Shown one piece after another: positions 12,391 through 24,504 of a stretch of DNA of 64,000 nt (the first letter of the stretch is position 1; each line of letters begins with the position of its first letter). A model generated the notes under the pieces. The model saw only the letters and a list, made by a program, of their open reading frames with translations, was not told the DNA's origin and did not search any database. A program made the position numbers and the translations under genes. Source of the DNA: Raja brachyura (lineage: Eukaryota); NCBI GenBank assembly GCA_963514005.1, contig OY740800.1:29202001-29266000 (forward strand), written 5' to 3'.

Positions 12391-12577
12391 GGAAAAGAAA
12401 CAGTAAGAATAGCAATGAGTACATCAAGTCCCTTTGTTCGTAAACCTGTACAACTACAGTGTAAAGAATGCATATTATCCCCCAAACTACTGACCCATTC
12501 ACACTTTAAACATCCTTAACCCTTAAGGATGGCCAGTTGATGGCATGGTCGTCTACACCTTCCATCACTTGGCTGAT

Positions 12578-12709
12578 CTTCTTGCGTATGGCATGCACAG
12601 CCTAAAGTTGTAGGTCCACTTGTTCTATTTGATCTTGTTCGTGCAAGTCGGGTTTGATTGCATTAGTCGAAACAGGGTGGACCACGTGAAGGTTGCAATC
12701 TCCCACCCC
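12578..12709 (-). mobile_element. HDV-like-ribozyme-headed short retroposon, copy 3
   Basis: TSD acttggctgat (12567-12577 and 12710-12720). Minus strand starts GGGGTGGGAGATTGCAACC and ends CATACGCAAGAAG. Confidence 0.88.
12656..12709 (-). ncRNA. Minimal HDV-like ribozyme, structurally intact copy
   Basis: GGGGTGG-GA-GATTGCA-ACC-TTCACGT-GGT-CCACCCT-GTTTCGA-CTAA-TGCAATC: 7-bp P1 with G1.U wobble, 7-bp P2, 3-bp P3, 7-nt L3, vestigial P4, catalytic C in CUAA. Confidence 0.8.
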
Positions 12710-13145
12710 ACTTGGCTGATAATTGAGATAGACTGAGAACACAGTAATTAGCCAGATTAGATTTGTGAAAACATATCTTCCACACTCACAAAGTGCTGGT
12801 GGAACTCAGTCTGAAGAATGGTCCCGACCCAAACCATCACTTGTCTAATCTCTTCACAGACGCTGCCTGAGCCACCGAGTCCTCTAGCACTTAGTGTTTT
12901 GCTAAAGATTCCAACACCTGCCATTCCTTGTGTCCCCATATCTTCCACATGGATGGGTAGATGTCAGTGTTGTAATTGTATTTGAAAAACTAAGCTAGAG
13001 GTCCAATTAGTTCTAAAGAACTTGTCTTCTCGACTATGGTCTGGTCGTTTAGCCAATGTTGTATCCATTGCTCTATTGCATTTTCTTGATACCTCAACTG
13101 TCTTCTATGTTGGTGGGGATAGAGGAAGCCAAGTTGGATCATATA

Positions 13146-15115
13146 CAGTGCCCTCCATAATGTTTGGGACAAAGACCCATCATTTATTTATTTGGCTATG
13201 TACTCCAATGCTATATTTAAGAGGGAGCTAGATGTGGCCCTTGTGGCTAAAGGGATCAGGGGGTATGGAGAGAAGGCAGGTACAGGATACTGAGTTGGAT
13301 GATCAGCCATGATCATATTGAATGGTGGTGCAGTCACGAAGGGCCAAATGGCCTACTCCTGCACCTATGATTCCACAATTTGAGATTTGTGATTTAAAAA
13401 AATCACATGTGGTTAAAGTGCACATTGTCAGATTTTATTAAAGGGTATTTTTATACATTTTGGTTTCACCATGTAGAAATTACAGCTGTGTTTATACATA
13501 GGTCCCCCCCCCTCCATTTCAGGGCACCATAATGTTTGGGACACATGGCTTCACAGGTGTTTGTAATTGCTCAGTTGTGTTTAATAGCCTCTTCAATGCA
13601 GGTATAAGACAGCTCTTAGCACCTAGTCTGTCCTCCAGTCGTTCCATCACCTTTGGAAACTTTTATTGCTGTTTATCAACATGAGGAACAAAGTTGTGCC
13701 GATGAAAGTCAAAGAAGCCATTATGAGACTGAGAAACAAGACTTAAACTGCCAACCTAATGCCCCTGTCCCACTTGGGAAACCTGAACGGAATCCTCTGG
13801 AGACTTTGCGCCCCACCCAAGGTTTCCTTGCGGTTCCCGGAGGTTTTTGTCAGTCTCCCTAATGGTCAAATAGTGGTTTCCGAATCTTCTATGTTCCGGC
13901 GATTATTCCAAAAAATTTAAAAAACCTCCGGGAACCGCACGGAAACCCTGGGTGGGGCGCAAAGTCTCCAGAGGTTTCTGTTCAGGTTTCCTAAGTGGGA
14001 CCGGGGCATTAGGCTTACCAAAATCAACTGTTTGGAACATCATTAAGAAGAAAGAGCACTGATGAGCTTACTAATCGCAAAGGGACTGGCAGGCCACGGA
14101 AGACCTCCACAGCTGATGACAGAAGAATTCTATAATTCTCTCCCAAACACCTGTCTGACAGATCAGAAACACTCTTCAGGAGTCCGGTGTGGGTTTGTCA
14201 ATGACCACTGTCCGCAGAAGACTTCATGAACAGAAATGGAGGCTACACTGCAAGATGCAAACCACTGCTTAGCCGCATAAATAGGATGGCCGGGTTACAT
14301 TTTGCCAAGAAGAGAAAAGAGCAACCACAGTTCTGAAAAAAGGTCTTGTGGACAGATGAGACAAAGATTAACTTGTATCAGAGTGATGGCAAGAGCAAAG
14401 TATGAAGGAGATAAAGAACTGCCCAAGATCCAAAGCATACCACCTCATCTGTGAAACATGGTGGTGGGGTGTTATGGCCTGGGCATGTATCGCTGCTGAA
14501 GGTACTGGCTCACTTATCTTCATTGATGATACAACTGCTGATGGTAGTAGTATAATGAATTCTAAAGTGTGTAGACACATCCCATCTGCTCAAGTTCAAA
14601 CAAAAGCCTCAAAACTCATTTACTGGCAAAACAATGATCCCAAACATACAAATGAGTTTTTGGAAGCTAATAAATGGTCAATTCTCGAGTGGCCAAGTCA
14701 ATCACCCGATCTGAACCCAATTGAGCATGCCTTTTATATGCTGTAGAGAAAACTGAAGGGAACTAGCCCCCAAAACAAGCATAAGCTAAAGATGGCTGCA
14801 ATGCAGGCCTGGCAGAGTATCACCAGAGAAGACACCCAGCAACTAGTGATGTCCATGAATCACAGACTTCAAAAACAGTAATTGCATGCAAAGGACATGC
14901 AACAAAATACTAAACATGACTACTTTCATTTAAATGTGTAAAAACTGCTGCAATTTCTACATGATGAACACAAAATGTATAAAAATGGCCTTTATTAAAA
15001 TGAATGTGCACTTTAACCACATGTGATTTTTTTCTATTACAAATTTCACATTGTGGAGTACAGGGGCAAATAAATAAATGATGGGTCTTTGTCCCAAACA
15101 TTATGGAGGGCACTG
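13146..15115 (+). mobile_element. Tc1 DNA transposon with decayed transposase
   Basis: TA-flanked TIRs cagtgccctccataatgtttgggac...gtcccaaacattatggagggcactg. Transposase motifs WTDETK, GGGVMAW, NNDPKH, SPDLNPIE. Carries a CR1 tail (~13208-13367) and a MITE. Confidence 0.92.
13760..14008. mobile_element. PIF/Harbinger-like MITE
   Basis: TIRs tgcccctgtcccactt / aagtgggaccggggca, flanked by TAA and TTA; long internal inverted symmetry. Confidence 0.75.
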
Positions 15116-15555
15116 TATAGGCATGATGTCATTAAACCGAATGCAACAAAAAAAATTATTATGAGGGCGTTACTGAAAGGTTTGGGTTATGAGAGGCTGG
15201 ATCTTTTCTCCTGTGGAGCATGGGAGGCAGTAGGATGACCTTAAAGATTTATAACATCAAAAGCAGCAGAGATAAACTGGTCACATTCTTCTCCAGGGAT
15301 GTGATGGCTAAAATGAAGTCATACTTTTAAGGTGAAGAGGGAAAGATTTATAGGGGACCTGAGGGGGGACCAGTGCGTATAAGGAACAAACTGCCAAAGG
15401 AAGTGGTAGAAAGAAAGAGGTGGATACAATTACAACATTGAAAATATAGTTAGAGGGGTGCAAGGTAAACAAGGTTTGAAGGGATAAGGAACAGGCTAGT
15501 GGGACTTGCTCAGTTAGATAACTTGGTTGGCATGCCAATTCATCCATGCTACAAA

Positions 15556-16315
15556 AATGACCCAAAGTAACTCAAAGGGTCAGGTAGCATCTCAGGAGAA
15601 CATGGTTAAGTGACGTTTTGGGTCGGGACCCTTCTTCAGACTGATTGATAAGTGAGGGTAAGAAAGCTGGGGCAAGACAAAGCCTGGCAAGTAATAATGG
15701 GTACAGTTGAGGGGGGTAATGGGTTTGATATGCGGGTGGTTAGAGAAAAGCCAGAGATGAAAAGACAAAAGCTGTGGGATAACGACAGAAGAGTTCTAAA
15801 TTGTGACACCAGGGGAAGGAATCCTATGGAGGGCACTCATTCTGGCAATGGAGGAAGCCCAGGACAAAGGTCAGTATGGGAAGTTAAAATGGTTAGCAGC
15901 TGGGAGATCCAGGAGGCCTTGATAGACCAGGTGCAAGTGTGCCCCGTGTCCCACTTTCCGATGTAAAGCAGGACATCGGGAACACCGGAGGCAGTAGATG
16001 AGGTTAATGGAGGTGCGCGTGAACCTCTGTCTCACCTGGAAAGAGTGCTGGGGTCCCTGGATAGAAGTGAGGGAGAAGGTGTAGGTGTTGCATCTCCTGA
16101 GGTTGCAGGCAAAAGTACCTGGGGAGAGAGTGGTTTGGTGGGAAGGGATGATCGAACCATGGAGTTGCACAGGGAGTCTGCAGAAAGTGGAGAGGGGTGG
16201 GGTTGAGAAGATGTGACTGGTGGTTAGGATAGATGCTGCTGGTGGTTAGGATAGATGAGTTCCTCCAGCACTTTTTGTTGCTCAAGATTCCAGCATCTGC
16301 AGTTCTTTTTGTCTC
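15556..16315 (-). mobile_element. Penelope-like element fragment (GIY-YIG endonuclease 3' end plus pseudo-LTR)
   Basis: ORF 15871-16170: PGTFACNLRRCNT...FQVRQRFTRTSINLIYCLRCSRC. Confidence 0.8.
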
Positions 16316-17029
16316 TATTCTGAGTTAGTGGATAGAGAGAAGAGAGAGATGGCAGAGCAACCTGAACATGGCATGGGGAAGTGAAGGAAGAAAAGAATAG
16401 TGTGTACGAGCACAAGAGAAGATGTCAAGGTATGAATGGAGGTGAAAGCAGAGGCTGTAGATGTAATGAAGCTTCTCACATTGAGGATCTACCTTTTTCA
16501 ATCTTATAATATATTTTGCGATCTCTTGAATAGAGGACTTGGAAGCATAGAAAATAGTTGCAGGAGGAGGTAATTCAGCCCTTTGAGCCAGCACCGCCAT
16601 TCATTGTGATCATGGCTGATCGTCCCCAATCAATAACCCGTGCCTGCCTTCTCCCCGTATCCCTTGATTCCACTAGCCCCTAGAGCTCCATCTAACTCTC
16701 TCTTAAATCCATCCAATGATTTTGCCTCCACTACCCTCTATGGCAGGGAATTCCACAAACTCACAACTCTCTGGGTGAAAACGTTTTTTCTCACATCAGT
16801 CTTAAATGGCCTCCCCTTTATTCTAATGCCTGAAACACTGAGACACTGAAGCACAATGAGGCATGAGCAGCAGAATTCCTTTCCTGAAGGTCGTTACTTA
16901 AATCGGGTTCAATGACAATAGATCACTGCAGTCATTTGCAATCATACTAGCTTTTAATTTCCAAATTAAAAAAAATAGAATGTTTAATCTATTAAACGTT
17001 GTTATCACCAGAATTTTAGGAAATGGCTG

Positions 17030-17345
17030 CCTATAATGAAAGGCTTCTTCTGCAGTTGTATAGGGCTCTGATAAGACCACATCTGGAGTATTGTGTACAG
17101 TTTTGTTCTCCTAATTTGAGGAAGGACATCCTTGTGATTGAGGCGGTGCAGCGTAGGTTCACGAGATTGATCCCTGGGATGGCGGGACTGTCATATGAGG
17201 AAAGATTGAAAAGACTAGGCTTGTATTAGTTTAGAATTTTGAGGGGGGATCTTATAGAAACATATAAGATTATAGTTGGACTGGACAAGCTAGATGCAGG
17301 AAAAATGTTCCCAATGTTGGGCGTCCAGAACCAGGGGCCACAGTC
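17030..17345 (+). mobile_element. CR1 LINE fragment
   Basis: ORF 17023-17229: LYRALIRPHLEYCVQF...VQRRFTRLIPGMAGLSYEERL. Confidence 0.88.
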
Positions 17346-17348
17346 TAA

Positions 17349-17760
17349 TGCCCCTGTCCCATTTAGGAAACCTGAACGAAAACCTCTGGAGACTTTGCAC
17401 CCTACCCAAGGTTTCCGTGCGGTTCCCGCAGGTTTTTGTCAGTCTCCCTAATGGTCGAAAGTGGTTTCCGCTTCTTCTATGTTCCAGCGATTATTTCAAA
17501 TAATTCAAAACCGGCCGCGACTAAAAATGAGTTGCCGTTTTAAAAATCGATAATTTTTTAGTCGAAGTCGGTTGCAATGCTAGTTGAAGGTAGTTGCAGT
17601 TAGTGGAAGGCAAGACCTTTTTTTCACCCAGTTTTATTCCACCAGGGAGGTCTTGCCTTCCACTACCTGCAACCTCCGGCAACCACCTTCAAATAGCATC
17701 GCAACCGGCTTCGACTAAAAAAAATTACCGATTTTTTAAAACGGCAACCTATTTTTAGTC
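17349..17760. mobile_element. PIF/Harbinger-like MITE, longer palindromic variant, right end truncated
   Basis: Same left TIR as the 13760 element (taa|tgcccctgtccca); internal inverted repeat at about 17520-17760. Confidence 0.7.
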
Positions 17761-18489
17761 CCAAACATCGTCACCTTAATTTCCCTCAAAAGTCATCAAT
17801 CGTGCTGGTGTTGGTCACCTGCTGAATCACTTGATATTCAGGAAATACAGAAGGTGAAATGTAAGATTTACAAGCAACACCCACATTCCAAGAATGATTT
17901 ATTTTTAAAGTTTTGCTTTGATTCTAGGCCCATTCAAGAGATTTATTTTAACTTGCAGCCCATGAGTCTAACTGTTTTCCATAATTACCTGGACAGCACC
18001 TAAAATATGTGGTTTACTCCCATATTCTCTCAATAGGTGTCATACATCAAAACGGAAAATAGCTTGTGGGTGGGGACCATTTTAGCAAGTAAAATGAATT
18101 TACTGCTCATGGTATTTAACCTTTTATTACTTCATAAGACAGATCATATTTACTTTAGACACTGTGCAACTTGTCAAGCCGGTTTATTCACAAATAGAAC
18201 AAAAATAACTGGCAGTATATAGGAATCCCAACATGAGTACCAGATCATCCTTACACATTCACACTAGTATGACTTCACATTGTCTGTATTACTACCAAAA
18301 CTTAAATCACTCTAACAATTGAATCATACCACTTCCTGATACATTATTAGGATCTTCCATTGTTTTAATGTATTCATAGAATGTAGGTGTCATTGGCCTG
18401 GTTAGTTTATTTCATATCCCAATTGCCCTTGTGGTGTTTGTCTTCTCTCTGGAAATAGTTATTTCTGTGCAGAGTAGTTCCTGGTCTCT

Positions 18490-18930
18490 GATCTTTGATC
18501 GCCCAAGCACAAAGGAGCATACACAATGTGGTGGACACAGCTTGGTACATCATAGGTACTGACCTCCCCACCACTGAAGGGATCAATAGGAGGTGCTGCC
18601 TCAAAAAGGCAGCCAGCATCAAAACCCCACACCACCTTGACTATGCTCCCATTTCATTCCTACCATTGGGAAGAAGGTGTAGGAGTCAAAACCAGAACCA
18701 CCAAGTTCAAGGATAGCTTTTCCCCAAAAAACATCAGGCTCCAGAACTACACACTAACCAATGAATTGTCTGGTTGCAATAAGGACTTTGGGCTTTTTTG
18801 CATTATTATTGTGGTTATTAATTTATTAAATGTTTGATTACATATCACGTACATATCTTGCGTTTACAGATCTGTTATGCTGTTGCAGGTAAGAATTTGA
18901 CTGCTCCCTTGTTGGTACATATGACAGTTA
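18490..18930 (+). mobile_element. Rex1/Babar-type LINE 3' fragment
   Basis: ORF 18495: VVDTAWYIIGTDLPTTEGINRRCCLKKAASIK. Confidence 0.7.
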
Positions 18931-21900
18931 AACACGATTAAGATTCAAGAGTTTATTGTCATGTGTCCCTGATAGGACAATGAAATTCTTGCTTTGCTTC
19001 AGCACAACAGAACATAGTAGGCATGACTACAGAACAGATCAGTGTGTCCATATACCATTATATAGATATATACACACATGAATAAATAAACTGATAGTGA
19101 CTTCTTCAGTGTTCTTGAGCCGGATTTTGATCTGAAAACACTGAAAAAAGTGTTATATTTCCCATTACAGGAAAGATGTGGATGCTTTGGAAATAGTACT
19201 GAGGAGGTTCACCAGAATGCTGCCTGGATTAGAGGGTTTCAGCTGCAGGGATAGTCTTGGATTGCTTTCTCTGGAATGTCAGAGGTTGAGGGAAGACTTG
19301 ATAGAAATATATAAAATTATGAGAGACATCAATAGGGAAGATAGTCAGAACCTTTTTCCCCAGGATGGAAATGTCCAATACTAGAGGGCAGAGCAATAAG
19401 GTGAGAGCGGGAAAATGTAATGGTGATGTGCAGAGCAAGTTTTTTTTTACACGAAGGGTCGTGGAGCCTGATATGCATTGCCGGGGTGGTGGTGGAGGCA
19501 GATATGATCGTGGCGTTTGAGGTTTTTAGATATGCAGATGAAAATGCAGTGAATAATGGGATGTGGAACATTTGCAGGCAGATGAGATCAGTTTCTCGGC
19601 ATCATGTTCAGCACAAACATTGTGGGCCAAAGGGCCCGTTCCTACGCTGTACTGTTTTATGTCCTATCTACACTAATCCCAGCTGCCCGCATTTGGCCCA
19701 TATCCCTCTAAACCCCTACCATCCATGTACCTGTGCAAATGCTTTTTAAATGTTATTACATTTACAGTACCTGCCAGTCCAAGATAATGTATTGAAGGAA
19801 GGAAAACAAGGTAAGAAAATAAATGGGGTGTGGAGGAAAAGTGGGATCTTGGAGCGATTGTCCACATATCCCTGAAGTAACAGGAGGGGTAGATAGATTT
19901 TCCAAATGTCTCCTCGCCTTTAATTGGTTTAAACAAATAATATGAAAATAGCATAAAATCCATTTAGGCACAGCTACTGTACAGTTCTGACCACCACATT
20001 TGCAATGATTTATTTGAAATAAAGGAAATGGAGGAGAGATTAAATAGCATTATTAAAAAAATGAAAATCTAAACCGGACAACTGGAAGGTCATCTCCCTC
20101 AGCAAAGGGCAGCAATTGAAGTTTATTTGGAGGAAACGTGGAGGAAGTCAAGGGGCAAGACATATATAATGCAAAGTAGCCTTGCAAATTAACAAAGCTA
20201 TCAGAAATCTAAGCAAATCATTGGTGTCAGTTTCTAGAAGAAAATAATTAAACAGTAGAGGCGTTACATGAGGTAAATCGTGCTTGGGGAAACTGGACAG
20301 TTCTAGTCTCTGTTTCATAGGGAGGATTTAAAAGGGAGAATGTAAAAAAAAAAGCTGAACGGACATTGCAAGAATCTCTCAAGACCAGCGTCTCAGTGAA
20401 GGTGGATATTGATGATGAAATTAAAAATCTTAAGATGCTGGAAATTAGATATAAAACCAGGAAACAGTTGATCAGGCAGCATTCATGGAAGTGGAACAGA
20501 GTTCCTGTCTTAGATCAAAGATACCAATGACTTTCAGTCAACGCCTTAAATCAATGCGAGAATACCAACAAGATCCTCCAAATCCACAGGCAGGATATGC
20601 AACTGTGTCCTCTCCCAGACCAACAACCCGAGGATTGATGTTCTAATCATCTTCAACCAGCGCTGATAGTTGGGCAATGTTGTTCACATACCCTACAGCA
20701 CATTCCTGGAACAAGCATTGTACTCCAAGTGAATCATAGCATATGAGAACAGACCCAACTCGTCCATACTGACCAAGATGCACCATCTAACATAGCCATT
20801 TACCCATGTTTGGCCCATTTCCTCTAAACCCTTTCTATCCAAAGCAAGAATTTTGTACTCTCCTGAAAACTCTAAAGAGATCTTGAGGGGTTGGGGTAGA
20901 TTTTTCCGAATCCTTAGCTCAGAACTGCTCAAACAGATGGAACATCATCCAGAAAGACGAGCAGTACTCCCAGTCTCTCTGGATGAAGGAAGAAAGCCTA
21001 TTGTAGCTTGCAGAAGGAGCATACGGTGACAGCTTGAGGCAAGTCTGTGGATACGGCATTTGTCACTTCAGAAACCACAGAACTAGAGGGGAAGCAAATC
21101 ACCCTCAACCCTAAGGAACTGCCTAAGAAAAATAATGATAACATCTCACGTCAGCTTAAGATTGTGGATTTAAGTCCTACTCCAGAGATGTGAACCTGAA
21201 GGTACACAAAAATGCTGGAGAAACTCAGCGGGTGCAGCAGCATCTATGGAGCAAAGGAAATAGGCAACTTTTTGGGCCAAAACCCTTCTTCAGACCATCA
21301 AGGAAAGCTTCAGGTAGAAAGAAAGATGTGACAGAAGAAGGCTCTCTCTTTTATCATTTCTGTTTGAGGAATATGCATCAAACAGTGCACATCTACTCCC
21401 CTGCTCCATTCCAACAAATATTCAACTGAGAAGATCTAAGGTTTTACCCAGGGGTTGGCACCTCTGGCAGTGCAGCACTCAGAGTGTCAGCCTGAATTAC
21501 AAGCTGAAGTCTCTGGAGTGATCCTAGAATCCACAACTTGATGCAGAAGCAGAAATGGCATCAGATGAGCCAAGACTTGGCCACAAAAACAACATCCGAG
21601 GCACTATCTTTGGGTCTTTGTAGCTTTACTTGAACATTCAACAGCAGCAATCATGTTTTGTGGATACATTTCAATCCAGAAGAACATGCATATTAAAAGG
21701 TATTCGAGCAGCTGTGGTGAATGTTCTATCCTTTCAGGGTAATTTCCAGCAAAGGTTCGGCATCAATGGCAAATATTTAACCAGAAGCACTGTCTTCAAG
21801 AGAGGGACCAAGAATCAGAGTTTGTAATTTTGCAGTGATCTGTACAGCTCCAGTCTAGTGCACTGCAAACTAGTACCCCTGCAAACTGTTCCACAAACTA

Positions 21901-21995
21901 GAACATCACTGAAGGATATTACATTGCAGAAGTTGACCTCCGAGCTCCAACTACGTCAGGGCGGTTCAAACTCAGCTAACTGTGAATAATGATAC

Positions 21996-22261
21996 TCAAC
22001 AGGGACAGGGATTTTTCTGCGGAGGTGCACCAGTAATGACTGGCCGGGAATCCAGGTGGAGTGAACTCCGACTACTTTCACAGGATAAATGTAGCCCGTT
22101 CCGCGCCAGCAGCTCTCGAGTCAACAGCAGAAAGGCTTCATCGACATTCTGCGCCTCTTTGGCTGACGTCTCCAGCACAGCCAAGAGACCAAATTTTTCA
22201 GCCACATTGCAGGCCTCCTCGAACGGGACCTCGCGTCTCTCCCCAAGATCAGCCTTGTTTC
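21996..22261 (-). CDS. RAB19: RAB19 last coding exon
   Basis: Acceptor tcccaacag|, phase 1. Translates [59 protein letters not shown]...KNPCPC*, with G4 NKxD, G5 SAK and a CxC prenylation end. Confidence 0.95.
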
Positions 22262-23928
22262 CTGTTGGGAGTGGAGAGAATCACAGTGATCAGCCACTTG
22301 CCTCATGTGCCAGTCCCATATCTTATGCAGATTTACCAATGAGTGCACCCACCCTGCCCTTTTACGGTTGTGCTGGAAAGAAGATTCCTTAGGACATTCC
22401 AAACCTGTTTATATCACCCTTTAATACATTGTTTCAGATCATATTTCAACTATATCCCAAACTCATCCTTCACCATCTTCACCTCCACTGACACAAGGTG
22501 CAGTGGAGCATTATGCAGTTGTATGGGAGTGACCCCATTAGCATCCTTTATTAATTCTGGACTCTGCGCCTATGGCATCAGGTCATATCACCTGGATTAT
22601 TGATCCAGAGACAAGAGTTCAAATTCCATCACGCCATCTGAGAAATTTAAATTCAGTTAATTTGATAAATCTTAAATTAAAAGTTATTATTTGTAATTAT
22701 AATCTTGAAATGATTGGATTGTTATAAAAACTCATTTTTTTCAGGGAGGGAGATCAATTTGTTCATCTGTTCAGGCATTCCCGACTGACTGTAGAGGGAT
22801 CGGCCCTCACTTGGACTCTATATCTGACCACTTACTACAATCTGCTGGCACGTGAACGGTGGCTGGGAATAGGTACAATGGAGGGCAAATAACCAGCTTC
22901 ATTGATGAATCGATTCTCCTCCCTGACTAACGACAAATTAAGAAAGCACTAAGTGCGATGAACTGAAGAGACTCACAGTCAGGGACTAAAATACCCTTCC
23001 ATGACCTGATATCTCCACTATCCTGGCCATGTGCTAAAGGACAAGATTTAATAGGAATCTGAGGGATAGTTCCACGGATTGCTTCTCCAGTCTCCCCACA
23101 TAATTGAAGTCATTCAACTAAGCTACCGTTCTACTATAGTAAATTGCATCTATATTCTCCCTGAAGTCTTTCTTTAAACAAAGTGACCAAAACTGCCCCA
23201 ATAATCTAAATGGGACCCAAGTAAGAATGTAAAGGTTTAGGATAACTTCATCATTTTTGCATGAGAGCATACAACAATACAGCATAGGAACAGACTCTGT
23301 ACCCCATGACACCTGTGCCTTTAAATCCCTATTTATGAAGCCAAGGATCACGTGTTGCTTCTCAACTGGTCTTGCTTCCCTCAAAGATTTATGTTCCAAT
23401 ATTCTTGCAGGATTGAACCACTTAGGTTATGGAAGCAAAACATGCTGGGAATACTAGGCATTCCATGGAGAATGGAACAGAGTTAATGTTTCAGAGGATC
23501 TTTGATCGGAGCTTAAACCTTCACAAATTTGAATCCAACACAAGTAGAGAATGAGGAGAGTTTATTTGCATTGCAGATTGCTGAGGCTTGACACCAACCA
23601 CTGTTGATCATTGACTCATGATTGTGACTTTGTGGAGAAAGTTACCAATTAACCCCTCCAGTTTTACCATATGCAGTGAGATCATGGTTTATCACTGTCC
23701 AGCTCCTGCGCTTACCCAGTACCTGCCTAACAGAATGCTGATTCTCTGCTTGATTGCTAATTAACAACATTTAAAAGCCATTTGGACAGGTATATGGATA
23801 AGAAAAGCTTGGAGGAATACAGGCCAAAGGTAGGCAAATGGGACTAGCCTAGATGGATACCTTAGTTAGCATGGATAAGTTGGGCCATAGGGGAATGTTT
23901 CCTTGCTGTATCACTCTGTGACTCTTTC

Positions 23929-24232
23929 TGGCACGGTGGCGTAGTGGTAGAGTTGCTGCCTTACAGCGAATGCAGCGCCGGAGACCCGGGTGCTGTCTGT
24001 ACGGAGTTTGTATGTTCTCCCCGTGACCTGTGTGGGTTTTCTCCAAGATCTTCGGTTTCCTCCCACACTCCAAAGACGTACAGGTATGTAGGTTAATTTG
24101 CTTGGTAAATGTAAAGATTCTCCCTGGTGTGTGTAGGATAGTGTTAATGTGTGGGGATCGCTGGTCGGTGCGAATCCGGTGGGCCGAAGGGCCTGTTTCC
24201 GCGTTGTATCTCTAAACTACATAAAATAAACT
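23929..24232 (+). mobile_element. HE1/V-SINE, near full length
   Basis: tRNA-like head ggcacggtggcgtagtggtagagttgctgcc, V domain gttctccccgtgacctgtgtgggttttctcc, CR1-derived tail and (taaa/ctaaa)n. Confidence 0.85.
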
Positions 24233-24320
24233 AAAAAGTGTTTTTATCCAGGCAAGTAATTCTCATACTTCATTTCAATTGGATTTATGATTCTTGACAG
24301 AAACAACTGATGAAACATAC

Positions 24321-24504
24321 CGATCAGCAACTGGACAACATTGGCTGCTCCATATCGCTGGATCTCGTTGACCCAGTGGGGCACCGAGTTGAAGGAGGAC
24401 TGCTTGGTGATGTCATAGGCGATCATGGCCCCATGGGCACTCCGATAGTAGCTCTGTGTGATGGTCCGGAATCGCTCCTGCCCTGCGGTGTCCCACACCT
24501 GTAC
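24321..24504 (-). CDS. RAB19: RAB19 middle coding exon
   Basis: Acceptor tttttaag| and donor |gtatgt; 184 bp. Translates [61 protein letters not shown], with G3 DTAGQ and the RAB19-type YGAANVV. Confidence 0.95.

Noticed and set aside
23929-24000. tRNA-like sequences here and at ~29030, 46560, 48030 and 56491
   Set aside because: They are SINE heads that continue into the V domain and CR1 tail; no complete cloverleaf.
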